From Bacteroides sp. (GTDB lineage: Bacteria; Bacteroidota; Bacteroidia; Bacteroidales; Bacteroidaceae), in NCBI GenBank assembly GCA_031554285.1, contig JAVBVL010000019.1:9768-73767 (forward strand): DNA of 64,000 bases, in the 5' to 3' direction. Both the position numbers and the translations under genes were made by a program. Positions 27,807-38,054 of the stretch are shown piece by piece. Each line of letters begins with the position of its first letter. The stretch's first letter is position 1. A model generated the notes under the pieces. The model was not told the origin of the DNA, did not search any database, and worked only from the letters and a program-made list of their open reading frames with translations.

Positions 27807-28708
27807 AAGCAGACGTAAGGTTGCAAGCGCTCAAGGTCCTTGGGCGTAAACTCTTCGTACAGTTTGAGCTGTTGCAGGCTGTGCAATCTTCCTTTCTTAC
27901 TGCGGTATTCCACAATTACTTTGGCTTGATAGAAACTGATGTACGGATGGGCATTGAGGCGCTCGATGCTTGCCCGGTTCAGGTTGAGGGGCCGGGTGTG
28001 CCCGGGTGTAACTACAAACCATTGGTGCAGGCTGTCGCTTGGCAAACGGAGGTCGTCCAGTTGTTCTACCGTGTGGTATCCACCTAATTGCCGACGGTAT
28101 GTAACAATACGATGTGCCGTATAACTGCCAATGCCGGGAATCTTCTTCAACTCGGTGGTATCGGCCATGTTTAAATCAAGTACGGTGCCTGCTGGGTATT
28201 TAACAGCGCGTTCAAAGGTGCCGATTTGTTCGGTGCGAGAGGTGTCTGCCGTCAATGTGTCCCGCTGTGCAAAGCGGTGGGCTATGCGGATGTATGGTTG
28301 CAATGTAGCGTATTGCTCCGCGGTAAGTCCGTATATCTTCCTGAAATCATCCTTCTTACGGAATACGCCGCTCCTGGCACGATACCTCAGGATATTATGT
28401 GCCATCCATCCGGGTAGTCCCATGCGGACAAAGCAAGCCGAGTCTGCCGTATTCGGGTCGAAAGATTCCGGAATTAGTTCCTGAAAGCGGGGTGTATAAC
28501 TTTCCGTATGTCTATCGGTTTCCTGTTGCTTTACCGATGCGATGAATGCGGTGTATTCCTGTTCAAACTCTTCGTTGGCAGATACCCACTCCGCATTCTG
28601 TACAGGTAAGCATAAGCAGAGCGCAACTGTTACAAGGATTCCTCCTATTAAAACGCCGATTCCCAGTCGTTCGCTGTGGGTGTAATAGAAGAAATCCTTC
28701 CAACTCAT
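27803..28708 (-). CDS. ComEA-like helix-hairpin-helix DNA-binding membrane protein
   Basis: N-terminal TM; [25 protein letters not shown] and LNLNRAS HhH repeats. Confidence 0.85.
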   Translation of the reverse strand: MSWKDFFYYTHSERLGIGVLIGGILVTVALCLCLPVQNAEWVSANEEFEQEYTAFIASVKQQETDRHTESYTPRFQELIPESFDPNTADSACFVRMGLPGWMAHNILRYRARSGVFRKKDDFRKIYGLTAEQYATLQPYIRIAHRFAQRDTLTADTSRTEQIGTFERAVKYPAGTVLDLNMADTTELKKIPGIGSYTAHRIVTYRRQLGGYHTVEQLDDLRLPSDSLHQWFVVTPGHTRPLNLNRASIERLNAHPYISFYQAKVIVEYRSKKGRLHSLQQLKLYEEFTPKDLERLQPYVCF

Positions 28709-28711
28709 GAC

Positions 28712-30076
28712 TTACAATAATCCCAGCTCGTTAATAAATATCAGCGCAATGGCAATGGGCGCAATGAATTTCAGAATAAACACAATGCACTTGTACACAG
28801 GTACTTTTATGGAACCTTCGTTGGTAATCTCGTCCCAAAGAATCTTTTTGTCTAAGTACCAACCGGCAAAGATGGATATCAACAGTCCTCCTGCAGGCAG
28901 CATGATTTTAGCCGTTACATAGTCGAACAAATTAAATGTGCTCAAACCGAATAGGGTAAAATCCTTAGTTAGCCCAAACGAGAGCGAACAGAATATGCCC
29001 AGGGTGACGCACGCGGTGCTTGTCAGCAGGGCGGCCCGCTTACGGGTGAGCTTGAATTCTTCGTGCAGGAAAGCGGTAACTACTTCGTGGTTAGAAATGG
29101 TGGTTGTTAATGCTGCCATGGCTAAAAGTATATAGAACGATACCGAAAGCACATAAGCCAGAATAGGTGCGCCACTAAAGGCTTGCTGGAAAACGTTGGG
29201 TAGCGTAATAAAAACGAGGCTTGGTCCCGAATCGGGTTGGATGCCTACCGAAAAGGCGGCAGGGAATATCAGGAAGCCTGCAAGTATGGCAACGGCTGTA
29301 TCGATTGCTCCTACACTGAGAGCTGTTTTACCCAGATTGGTGTCTTTCCTGAAGTAGGAGGAGTATGTACACAAGCATCCCATAGCCAGACTGAGTGAGA
29401 AGAACGCCTGCCCCATGGCGCTAAGAAATACATTACCGGTTACTTTGCTAAAATCGGGTTTTAGCAAGAATTCAATGCCTTTCTCTGCATTAGGTAATGA
29501 TACGGCACAGCCCACCAAGATAAGAAGGATGACGAATAAGGCGGGCATCATAAGCTTTGAAGCCTTTTCAATGCCTTTCTCTATCCCTCTAACTACGATA
29601 AGATGGGTGGCAGTCATGAAAACGACTAACCAAAGTACCGGGCGAAACGGGTTGGAAGAGAATGAAACAAAGGCGGCCTGGAAGTCGGCGGGTCCTTTTC
29701 CTGCAAAGTGGTTGGTAGCGGCTTCGTAGATATATTCCAACGTCCATCCTGCCACTACATTATAATAACATAGGATGAGGAATCCGGCAAGTACGCCCAT
29801 GCGCCCTACCCATTTCCATTGTGTGCCCGGAGCTAATATCCGGTAAGCGGCAGCCGTGTTGGCCCGTGAATGGCGACCGATGGTAAATTCTGCAATCATA
29901 ATGGGGATTCCCATCAAAAGAACACAAGCCAGATAAATCAAAATAAAGGAAGCTCCTCCGTTTTTACCGGTTTCGTAAGGAAACCGCCAAATGTTGCCTA
30001 ACCCCACCGCCGAACCGGCTGATGCCAAAATAACTCCTAATTTGCTGCCAAAATTGGCTCTTTCAGATTTTTTCAT
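28712..30076 (-). CDS. Sodium-dependent transporter (NSS/SNF family)
   Basis: GSAVGLGNIWRFPY and GQAFFSLSL motifs. Confidence 0.93.
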   Translation of the reverse strand: MKKSERANFGSKLGVILASAGSAVGLGNIWRFPYETGKNGGASFILIYLACVLLMGIPIMIAEFTIGRHSRANTAAAYRILAPGTQWKWVGRMGVLAGFLILCYYNVVAGWTLEYIYEAATNHFAGKGPADFQAAFVSFSSNPFRPVLWLVVFMTATHLIVVRGIEKGIEKASKLMMPALFVILLILVGCAVSLPNAEKGIEFLLKPDFSKVTGNVFLSAMGQAFFSLSLAMGCLCTYSSYFRKDTNLGKTALSVGAIDTAVAILAGFLIFPAAFSVGIQPDSGPSLVFITLPNVFQQAFSGAPILAYVLSVSFYILLAMAALTTTISNHEVVTAFLHEEFKLTRKRAALLTSTACVTLGIFCSLSFGLTKDFTLFGLSTFNLFDYVTAKIMLPAGGLLISIFAGWYLDKKILWDEITNEGSIKVPVYKCIVFILKFIAPIAIALIFINELGLL

Positions 30077-30170
30077 ATAGTTGTTTTTAACATGGTATTT
30101 AGACTAATTACTTTGGGAACAAACGAAGGTAAAAAAAAGTTCTGTATATTTGCTGCTTAATTATTGAAAA

Positions 30171-30566
30171 ATGAAAATACTGTATTATATCAAGAAATAC
30201 CCGGTTTCTTTATTCATTATCGCAGTGGTAATCTATCTGTCGTTCTTTAAGCCGCCCAGCACCGATTTAAATAAGATACCCGGTATAGATAAGATTGTGC
30301 ACGTATGTATGTACCTGGGTATGTCGGGCATGCTGTGGCTGGAGTTTTTCCGGGCACACCGTAAGGTGGAAGCACCATTGTGGCATGGGTGGATAGGAGC
30401 CTTTGTATGTCCGGTACTGTTTAGCGGTTGCGTGGAGTTGTTGCAGGAGTATGCCACCACGTACCGCGGCGGCGATTGGTTAGATTTAACAGCCAATGCA
30501 TCGGGCGCTTTGCTGGCAAGTTTGTTTGCTGTTTACGTGCTGGCTCCCCGTTTAATGAAACAGTAG
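30171..30566 (+). CDS. VanZ-like membrane protein
   Basis: DKIVH, ELLQ, R.GDWLDL.AN..G motifs. Confidence 0.85.
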   Translation: MKILYYIKKYPVSLFIIAVVIYLSFFKPPSTDLNKIPGIDKIVHVCMYLGMSGMLWLEFFRAHRKVEAPLWHGWIGAFVCPVLFSGCVELLQEYATTYRGGDWLDLTANASGALLASLFAVYVLAPRLMKQ

Positions 30567-30569
30567 ATT

Positions 30570-30677
30570 AGTTTCATGCATTGAAACAAAGTGTTCCATC
30601 CTTTGAAACAGTTGGTTTCATCGCTTGAAACTCTTTGTTTCATCCTGTTGGAACTCCTTGTTTCGCCCGGTGAAACT
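30570..30677. repeat. Stand-alone GTTTC/GAAAC ~22-bp-period array
   Basis: Five GTT(T/C)C...TG(A/G)AAC units filling the gap between convergent vanZ and murF. Confidence 0.85.
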
Positions 30678-31975
30678 TAAAGAGAGTCGACGACTGTACT
30701 TAATTTGATACTGTTGGAACCTTTGATAAGAATGGTATATCCGGCAGGTTGTTCGTTTGCCAGTTCGGCAATTAATTGCTGTACATCGCTGTACGTACGG
30801 TACGGATGGTTGGCGGCGGTAAAGGACTCACCTACCAAACGCACTTCTTCAAACGCGCTTTCCTGTAAGAAATCAACAACCTTTTGGTGTTCGGCGGCAC
30901 TGTCGGAACCCAGTTCGCGCATATCGCCCAGAATAAGCATTTTGTGTGGGGCGGTGAGGTTGCGGAAGTTCTGTAAGGCAGCCATCATGCTGGTGGGGTT
31001 AGCATTGTACGCATCGATAATCAGGGTGTTACGCCCCGTGTCTTTCAGTTGCGAGCGGTTGTTCTGCGGGGTGTATTCGGACAGTCCTTTATCTATCCTG
31101 TCGGCAGGAACTTCGAAGTAGCGGCCAATGGTTACGGCAGCCAGTGCGTTGGGAAAGTTATATTCGCCAATCAGCCGGGTGGGAACTTTGTGGGTGGTAT
31201 CACTCCCTTTTTCTTTCCAGGCAAAGGTTAGATAGGGGGTGTTGTCTGTAACCTGTCCCCAAACATCCGGGGTGTTCTGTTCGCCGTAAGTAATAGCAGG
31301 CATTCCTGCCGCCATCTCGTTGAGGTAAGCATTGTCGCTGTGCAGAAAAATCAACGGATTCTCCCGGTTACGCAGGAAGTTGTACAACTCTCCTTTGGTA
31401 CGTATCACACCCTCGAACGAGCCGAATCCTTCCAAATGTGCCTTACCTACGTTGGTAATGATGCCCCAGTTGGGCTCAGCAATCTCTGCCAACAATTTAA
31501 TCTCTCCTTCGTGACTGGCGCCCATCTCGATAACAGCCAGTTCATGCCCGGCGGTAAGGCGAAGCAGGGTAAGCGGCAGGCCGATGTGGTTGTTGAGGTT
31601 GCCCTGTGTGTAAAGAATGTGGTATTTCTGTTGCAATACGGCGGCTATCAGTTCCTTGGTGGTTGTTTTCCCATTGGTTCCCGTGATGCCAATAATGCGC
31701 GTGCCTAATTGTCGGCGGTGGTAATTGGCTAATTGTTGCAGGGTATCCAGGCAGTCGTCTACCACCACATAACGGCAGTCGCCTTTTACGGCATATTCGG
31801 GTTCGTCTATAAAAGCATACGCGCATCCGCTTTCCAGCGCTTTGGCGGCAAACGCATTGCCGTTAAACGAATCACCTTTTAGGGCAATAAACAAAGAGTC
31901 GGCAGGACAGGTGCGACTGTCGGTAGTTACGCCCGAACAGTCCAGGAAGATGCGGTAGAGGGTAGAGAGTTTCAT
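30677..31975 (-). CDS. murF: UDP-MurNAc-tripeptide--D-Ala-D-Ala ligase
   Basis: TDSR, GITGTNGKTTTKE, NNHIGLP, EMGA, DAYNANP, LGDMRELG and IKGS motifs. Confidence 0.97.
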   Translation of the reverse strand: MKLSTLYRIFLDCSGVTTDSRTCPADSLFIALKGDSFNGNAFAAKALESGCAYAFIDEPEYAVKGDCRYVVVDDCLDTLQQLANYHRRQLGTRIIGITGTNGKTTTKELIAAVLQQKYHILYTQGNLNNHIGLPLTLLRLTAGHELAVIEMGASHEGEIKLLAEIAEPNWGIITNVGKAHLEGFGSFEGVIRTKGELYNFLRNRENPLIFLHSDNAYLNEMAAGMPAITYGEQNTPDVWGQVTDNTPYLTFAWKEKGSDTTHKVPTRLIGEYNFPNALAAVTIGRYFEVPADRIDKGLSEYTPQNNRSQLKDTGRNTLIIDAYNANPTSMMAALQNFRNLTAPHKMLILGDMRELGSDSAAEHQKVVDFLQESAFEEVRLVGESFTAANHPYRTYSDVQQLIAELANEQPAGYTILIKGSNSIKLSTVVDSL

Positions 31976-32088
31976 TATTTAATCTTTTGAGATGTTGTAA
32001 CACGGACAAATATACTTTAAAATCCTGCATAATTGGGCAAAAGGTTAGATAATTTCGTTACATTTGCAGGAATCAAACCGGAAAGCGT

Positions 32089-32940
32089 ATGAAAATACCT
32101 TCTTCTATTCCTTATTACCTGAATGTAAACGGACAGTTGCTCGACTTGTCGGTACCGCAGGTAATGGGTATACTCAACGTAACTCCCGATTCTTTTTTTG
32201 CTGGAAGCCGGATGCAGACTCAGGCGGATATCGCCACTCGCGCCCGGCAGATACTGGACGAAGGAGCTTCCATTATCGACATCGGGGCTTACTCTTCACG
32301 TCCGGGAGCCGAAGTGGTACTGGCGGCAGAAGAGATGCAACGGTTACGCCAGGGGTTGGAAGTGATTACCCGTAACCATCCGGAGGCGGTAATCTCGGTA
32401 GATACATTCCGGGCGGATGTGGCAAAGATGTGTGTGGAAGAGTATGGCGTAGCCATCATTAACGACATTGCTGCCGGAAGTATGGATGCGCGGATGTTTG
32501 AAACAGTGGCTGCTTTGGGGGTTCCTTATATAATGATGCACATGCAAGGTACACCGCAGGACATGCAACAGGCTCCCCGGTACGACAACCTGATAAAGGA
32601 GGTGTTCCTCTATTTTGCCGAACGGGTGCAACGTTTGCGCGACCTGGGGGCGAAAGATTTGATTCTCGACCCCGGCTTCGGCTTTGGCAAGACACTGGAG
32701 CATAACTACGAACTGATGGCCAACTTGCAGGAGTTTGCTGTGTTTGAGTTACCGGTATTGGTAGGTGTTTCGCGCAAGTCGATGGTGTATAAGTTGTTGG
32801 ATACCACTCCGCAGGAAGCTCTTAACGGTACTACGGTACTGCATACGGTAGCTTTGCAGAAAGGAGCTCATATACTCCGGGTGCATGATGTGCGCCAGGC
32901 GGTAGAAGCTGTTAAGATAGTGATGCAATTAACGCATTAA
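32089..32940 (+). CDS. folP: Dihydropteroate synthase
   Basis: MGILNVTPDSF, SSRPG, DPGFGFGK, SRKS and LRVHDV motifs. Confidence 0.97.
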   Translation: MKIPSSIPYYLNVNGQLLDLSVPQVMGILNVTPDSFFAGSRMQTQADIATRARQILDEGASIIDIGAYSSRPGAEVVLAAEEMQRLRQGLEVITRNHPEAVISVDTFRADVAKMCVEEYGVAIINDIAAGSMDARMFETVAALGVPYIMMHMQGTPQDMQQAPRYDNLIKEVFLYFAERVQRLRDLGAKDLILDPGFGFGKTLEHNYELMANLQEFAVFELPVLVGVSRKSMVYKLLDTTPQEALNGTTVLHTVALQKGAHILRVHDVRQAVEAVKIVMQLTH

Positions 32941-32967
32941 GATAATAAATTTAAATAAAGATAGAAC

Positions 32968-33735
32968 GTGCCTTTTCTCGATTTTGGAATAAAAGATTTT
33001 ATTGATATTCTGCTGGTTGCATTCCTGCTGTACTATACGTACAAACTCATGAAGGCTTCCGGCTCTATCAACATATTCACCGGTATCCTGGTGTTTATCC
33101 TTATTTGGTTGGTGGTATCGCAGGTGTTGGAGATGCGTCTGCTGGGTTCCATCTTCGATAAACTGGTAAGTGTTGGAGTGCTGGCGCTCATCGTCTTGTT
33201 TCAGGATGAGATACGACGGTTCCTGCTAACCCTGGGCACGCACCGGCATGCCAATGCGTTAATCCGCTTTCTTACCGGTAACAAGGAAGAGAAGGTAGAG
33301 CACGAAGATATTCTGCCCATTGTAATGGCTTGCATCAGTATGGGTAAGCAGAAGGTGGGAGCCTTGATTGTGATTGAACACTATGTGCCGTTGGACGAGA
33401 TAATACGTACGGGCGAGGTGATTAACGCCAATGTAAACCAACGGCTTATTGAGAATATCTTCTTTAAGAATAGTCCGTTGCACGACGGGGCGATGGTAAT
33501 CAGTAAGAAGCGAATCAAGGCAGCCGGGTGTATCCTGCCGGTATCGCACGACCTGGATATTCCCAAAGAGTTAGGACTTCGTCACCGGGCGGCTATGGGA
33601 ATCTCCCAACAGTCGGATGCCCATGCCATCATTGTATCCGAGGAAACAGGCTCTATCTCGGTAGCCTATCGCGGGCAGTTCTACTTGCGCCTGAGTGGAG
33701 AAGAACTGGAAAGTCTGCTCGTCAAGAACATCTAA
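32968..33735 (+). CDS. cdaA: Diadenylate cyclase CdaA
   Basis: 3 TMs, PLHDGA, GLRHRAA and VSEETG motifs; GTG start. Confidence 0.93.
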   Translation: MPFLDFGIKDFIDILLVAFLLYYTYKLMKASGSINIFTGILVFILIWLVVSQVLEMRLLGSIFDKLVSVGVLALIVLFQDEIRRFLLTLGTHRHANALIRFLTGNKEEKVEHEDILPIVMACISMGKQKVGALIVIEHYVPLDEIIRTGEVINANVNQRLIENIFFKNSPLHDGAMVISKKRIKAAGCILPVSHDLDIPKELGLRHRAAMGISQQSDAHAIIVSEETGSISVAYRGQFYLRLSGEELESLLVKNI

Positions 33736-34745
33736 TCATTCAACATCATACCCATATAGGGGCAGTCTGTAGCAAAAAGCTTTTGGGCAAGTTGTTCCAC
33801 GGTGAGCCGTGGAGCGACGGGATTGTCCGGAAGATCGCTGCGGTAACACTGTCCGTTCATAATACGGTAATAACCGTTGTTCACGGAAAGCTGCTTGTCG
33901 ATTAGTTCAAAGTCCAGACTCATCTCGGGATGGGCAGCGGCATACAGTGACAGTACATCCTTAGCACATACAATGCGTATCATCCCCATTGCATACGATA
34001 TTCCTTCCCGGTTGGAGGGGAGCATTACGGTAATGTCGCTTTGCTTGGTTACCTTATATATATGGTAAAGCAAACTGTTCTCCGCAGCCTTGTTCTCGGC
34101 AAAGAACGTATCTACCAATACGGAATATTCCTCTTTCCAAACTACAGCCAGTCCTGCAATCCTATCGTTTTGCAAGGCTACATACATGGCGTCCCGGCTC
34201 AGGGCAAGTGCTTGGAGTACTACCTTGTAATCATCGGCTGTATGTTGTATGGCACATGGCAATTCTGCTAACTTCTTTTGCAGGTATTGGTAATGCTTTT
34301 CGTTGAACTGGGTGGTGTGTATAACAAGTGTGCCCAGTGACGATGCGGTATCTTCGCCGTTTACCTTCTTCCGGGTATAACGAAATACCGGGGCATATCC
34401 TAAGCGTGTATAATAATTAAACAGCCACGATTGGGCCGGGATAAGGGTGCTGATTGGGATGTTTCGCTTCCACAGGCGGGTAAATGTCTGTCCCAGCAAC
34501 TCCCGCATCACTCCTTTATTCCGGTAATCCGGATGGGTACAGGCTCCCGATACATACGCCGTTTGTACTACTTGTCCGGCAAAGGTCATCGGGTAGGGAA
34601 TCATTTGCAGGGCAGATATTACTTCTTCGCCGCTTTCAATGGCAATGTTTATATCGTTGTTGTACCGTTGGCTGAAATAGAGGTCGGTAAACGAATCACT
34701 GTCGGTGAAGCAGAGTTTCCATAAAGCTTTTACTTTCTCTTTCAT
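33732..34745 (-). CDS. GNAT acetyltransferase (Eis-like)
   Basis: SGACTHPDYRNKG, YYTRLGY motifs. Confidence 0.85.
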   Translation of the reverse strand: MKEKVKALWKLCFTDSDSFTDLYFSQRYNNDINIAIESGEEVISALQMIPYPMTFAGQVVQTAYVSGACTHPDYRNKGVMRELLGQTFTRLWKRNIPISTLIPAQSWLFNYYTRLGYAPVFRYTRKKVNGEDTASSLGTLVIHTTQFNEKHYQYLQKKLAELPCAIQHTADDYKVVLQALALSRDAMYVALQNDRIAGLAVVWKEEYSVLVDTFFAENKAAENSLLYHIYKVTKQSDITVMLPSNREGISYAMGMIRIVCAKDVLSLYAAAHPEMSLDFELIDKQLSVNNGYYRIMNGQCYRSDLPDNPVAPRLTVEQLAQKLFATDCPYMGMMLND

Positions 34746-34751
34746 GGCAGA

Positions 34752-35669
34752 TTACCATTTAACAGGGGCTACCGGTTGTTGTTGCAGGCATACCATATAC
34801 TTATCCAGAATAATGGCAGGCTGATATGACAGCTTGGCTTTTCGTAGCCCTTCCAGCCCGAGGTCTTCTTCGCGGTTAATGTAGGTGTATTGTTCCGGAA
34901 TGTGGTTGGCAAACTCATAATTAATCATGGCATACGCTCCTTCTATGCTGGTGTCGGCTTTCTCTACATGTGTGTCAAAAGTTTCTCCGTTGATGGGGCT
35001 GCCATAGGTAAATGCCACAATCTTTCCATTGACATGCAAAATACCTCCCATAAGTCCCAATTCTTCGAAATGGTTCAGGGCGTAAGTCAGCGCGCGCCGT
35101 TCATTACCGGTGCCTTCTTCCTGGTTGCAGTTGTTCACCTTGCACCATTCGGCTTCCAGTTCCAAACACTCCTGAATACGGTCGGGAGTAATGGGGGTGT
35201 ATTCGTAATCAGGATAAGTGTTGCGAAACTTATTAATATGGTTGCGCTTTGACTGGAACTTTTTGCCTTTCAGGCTGGCGAGGTCGCTGCGCAGGTAGAT
35301 GTAATCGGAGTAATTCCGGTCGGAGTTAAAGCTGAACCGCCCCGGTGCAAGCTCTTCCAATTTATCTTTGAGACAGGGACACACGCCTAACATGCAGAAT
35401 GGTTGTCCCGTTTGCCGGGCATCTTCCATGATAGTTTGGAGTACAGGGGTTATATCGCCCTCGCCAATGGGCATCATGTAAGCCAGTTCGCCATCAGCCC
35501 AAAACTTGAATACAAGAAAATTGTCGATAATGGCAAACTTGGTGTCATACAAGAATCGCCAACTGCATAGGTTGGCAAAAGCGAGGTCGCAATTCTGATG
35601 GATGCTGTGAAGGGTAAATGCGGTGATGGTTTCCCGGTCCTCCGGCGTAATATCTTTAAAGGTAATCAT
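34752..35669 (-). CDS. DUF2156 protein (aminoacyl-transferase/LPG synthase C-terminal-like)
   Basis: DYIY, KRNHINKF, HVEKA and INREEDLGLEGLRKAKLSY motifs. Confidence 0.88.
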   Translation of the reverse strand: MITFKDITPEDRETITAFTLHSIHQNCDLAFANLCSWRFLYDTKFAIIDNFLVFKFWADGELAYMMPIGEGDITPVLQTIMEDARQTGQPFCMLGVCPCLKDKLEELAPGRFSFNSDRNYSDYIYLRSDLASLKGKKFQSKRNHINKFRNTYPDYEYTPITPDRIQECLELEAEWCKVNNCNQEEGTGNERRALTYALNHFEELGLMGGILHVNGKIVAFTYGSPINGETFDTHVEKADTSIEGAYAMINYEFANHIPEQYTYINREEDLGLEGLRKAKLSYQPAIILDKYMVCLQQQPVAPVKW

Positions 35670-35730
35670 ACAAATTCTTTGTTATTATTCGTGTTTACAA
35701 CATTCTAATAACAAAGATAATGCCAATTTG

Positions 35731-36426
35731 TTAGATAATGCCTAAGATTTGAAGAATTGTTGGAGTGAACAGGGCAGTGAGAATGCCGTTAAGGATAAGT
35801 CCCAAACTGGCGTATGCCCCGTACTTGCTGCTGATATCCATCGCTACCGAAGTGCCGAGGGCATGCGCGGCTGTTCCCAACGACAACCCTTGCGCAATGG
35901 GACTGCCCACATGGGTAAACTTCATAATCTGCAAGCCGAGAATACCACCCAGTAAACCTACGCAAACCACCACGGCAGCCGTCAACGAAGGAATACCTCC
36001 TATGGCATTGGTTACTTCCATGGCGATAGGCGTGGTAACCGATTTGGGCGCCAATGAAAGGATAACTTGTTGCGAGGCTCCCATCCACTTGGCTATGAGC
36101 ACTCCGGAAGCTACTCCTACCACACAACCAGCTACCTGCGACAAGAAAATAGGTAATAGCTGCTTCTTGATGGATTCCAGTTGCAGGTACAAGGGTACCC
36201 CTAATGCTACTACGGCAGGCTTTAACCAAAATTCAATCAGGTGCCCGCCCCGGTTATACGTTTCATAACTGATGCCGGTGCTCTTCAAAAAGATGATAAT
36301 AGCAGCAATGGTGAGCAAAATAGGATTCAGCAGTAACCATCCCGTACGCTTTTGTAACCATTTGGCTAAGAAGAAGAGTGCAAACGTGCCGGCAAGCAGG
36401 AAATATTCGTTAGATAAGAAATTCAT
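35731..36426 (-). CDS. lrgB: LrgB family membrane protein
   Basis: VALGVPLY, PKSVTTPIA and AHALGT motifs. Confidence 0.92.
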   Translation of the reverse strand: MNFLSNEYFLLAGTFALFFLAKWLQKRTGWLLLNPILLTIAAIIIFLKSTGISYETYNRGGHLIEFWLKPAVVALGVPLYLQLESIKKQLLPIFLSQVAGCVVGVASGVLIAKWMGASQQVILSLAPKSVTTPIAMEVTNAIGGIPSLTAAVVVCVGLLGGILGLQIMKFTHVGSPIAQGLSLGTAAHALGTSVAMDISSKYGAYASLGLILNGILTALFTPTILQILGII

Positions 36427-36761
36427 TTCAATTTACGTGTTAGTTGGTGTACCCATCCGGTAATAACAAGCACCAACAAGGTACTTACTGCCGAAGCAAC
36501 TACGATAGGCCAAAACTCGGCCGCAATAATATCGAAGTAAAGCATCAATGCTACCCCGGGAGGAATAAAAAAGAAGGCAAGGTTGGCAACCAGGAAATCG
36601 GACATGCCTTGTACCCAGTGTAACTTTACGATACCCACCTTTAAAAAGAGAGTGAGCAGTAACATCCCAATAATACTCGAGGGGAGTTTAATCCCTGTAA
36701 GGTAAACAATTAATTCGCCCAAAGCCAGGCAACCAAACAGGATGGCACATTGACGTATCAT
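36423..36761 (-). CDS. lrgA: CidA/LrgA family holin-like protein
   Basis: LPSSIIGMLLL and FFIPPGV motifs; ATGA overlap with lrgB. Confidence 0.9.
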   Translation of the reverse strand: MIRQCAILFGCLALGELIVYLTGIKLPSSIIGMLLLTLFLKVGIVKLHWVQGMSDFLVANLAFFFIPPGVALMLYFDIIAAEFWPIVVASAVSTLLVLVITGWVHQLTRKLK

Positions 36762-37021
36762 AAGCAACTATCTTTTTGGAATAGGATGCAAAAGTAGGCA
36801 AATAGTTGCAAAACGGAATCCTCCTTAAACAAAGATTAAACTTTATGATATAAATGTATGACAGCGCAAATGAAGCACCCGCTCAAATTGTATAGGTAAA
36901 GAATCAATTATTACATAAAAAATACCCAAATTTGTAATGTCGGTATTGCAAAATTGGTTACTTTTGCAGCGCGATTCAACAATAATACCGAGATTATACA
37001 CATAAAAATAGATAAAATATC

Positions 37022-38041
37022 ATGATCAATCTGATTAACGAAATTGTAGAGCGCGCCAAAGCTAACCGCCAGCGCATCGTTCTTCCTGAAGGAACCGAAG
37101 AACGCACCTTGAAAGCTGCCAATCAAATTTTGACAGATGGTGTTGCCGACCTTATTTTGTTGGGTAACCCGGAAGAGATTATCCGTAATGCCGTGAAGTG
37201 GGGCCTGGGTAATATCGGTATGGCTACCATCATCGACCCTGCTAACCATGCTAAGAAAGAAGAATATGCACAGTTGCTGTTCGAACTTCGTAAAAGCAAG
37301 GGGATGACGATTGAACAGGCTCGCCAGTTGGTGCTCGATCCGTTATATCTGGGTTGTTTAATTATAAAGAATGGCGATGCCGACGGTCAGTTGGCGGGTG
37401 CTTGCAACACTACCGGTGACGTACTTCGTCCGGCGTTGCAGATTATCAAGACCTTGCCGGGTATCACTTGTGTATCGGGAGCGATGCTCATGCTTACCAA
37501 AGCACCCGATTATGGTGTGAATGGATTGCTCGTGATGGGCGACGTAGCCGTAACTCCGGTTCCCGATGCTGCACAGTTGGCTCAGATTGCCGTATGTACT
37601 GCACAAACTGCCAAAGCTGTTGCCGGTATTGACGAACCCAAAGTAGCGTTGCTCAGCTTCTCTACCAAAGGGTCGGCTAAGCACGAAGTGGTTGATAAGG
37701 TAGTTGAGGCTGTGCGTATTGCCAAAGAAATGGCTCCTGATTTGTTGCTCGACGGCGAATTGCAAGCCGATGCAGCTTTGGTTCCGAGTATTGGAAAGAG
37801 CAAAGCACCGGATTCAAAGATTGCCGGCGAAGCCAACGTACTCATCGTTCCAAGCCTGGAAGTAGGAAACATCTCGTACAAACTGGTACAACGTTTGGGA
37901 CATGCCGAAGCCATCGGCCCCATCCTTCAAGGTATTGCCCGTCCGGTGAACGACTTGTCACGCGGTTGCTCCATTGAAGATATTTACAGAATGATTGCCA
38001 TCACTGCCAACCAGGCTATTGCTGCCCGGAACGCAAACTAA
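37022..38041 (+). CDS. pta: Phosphate acetyltransferase
   Basis: IVLPEG, LSFSTKGS, DGELQADAAL, GNISYK and NDLSRG motifs; TACTTTTG promoter at 36959-36966. Confidence 0.97.
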   Translation: MINLINEIVERAKANRQRIVLPEGTEERTLKAANQILTDGVADLILLGNPEEIIRNAVKWGLGNIGMATIIDPANHAKKEEYAQLLFELRKSKGMTIEQARQLVLDPLYLGCLIIKNGDADGQLAGACNTTGDVLRPALQIIKTLPGITCVSGAMLMLTKAPDYGVNGLLVMGDVAVTPVPDAAQLAQIAVCTAQTAKAVAGIDEPKVALLSFSTKGSAKHEVVDKVVEAVRIAKEMAPDLLLDGELQADAALVPSIGKSKAPDSKIAGEANVLIVPSLEVGNISYKLVQRLGHAEAIGPILQGIARPVNDLSRGCSIEDIYRMIAITANQAIAARNAN

Positions 38042-38054
38042 AATAACGTATAAA

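Noticed and set aside
35731-36761. lrgAB as a prophage lysis cassette
   Set aside because: Housekeeping CidA/LrgB pair with no phage genes around
37995-38054. N-terminal extension of AckA (likewise PASTA 46778, RluD 47533, MurI 56633, phosphoesterase 58402)
   Set aside because: Alternative-start artefacts overlapping upstream genes or promoters
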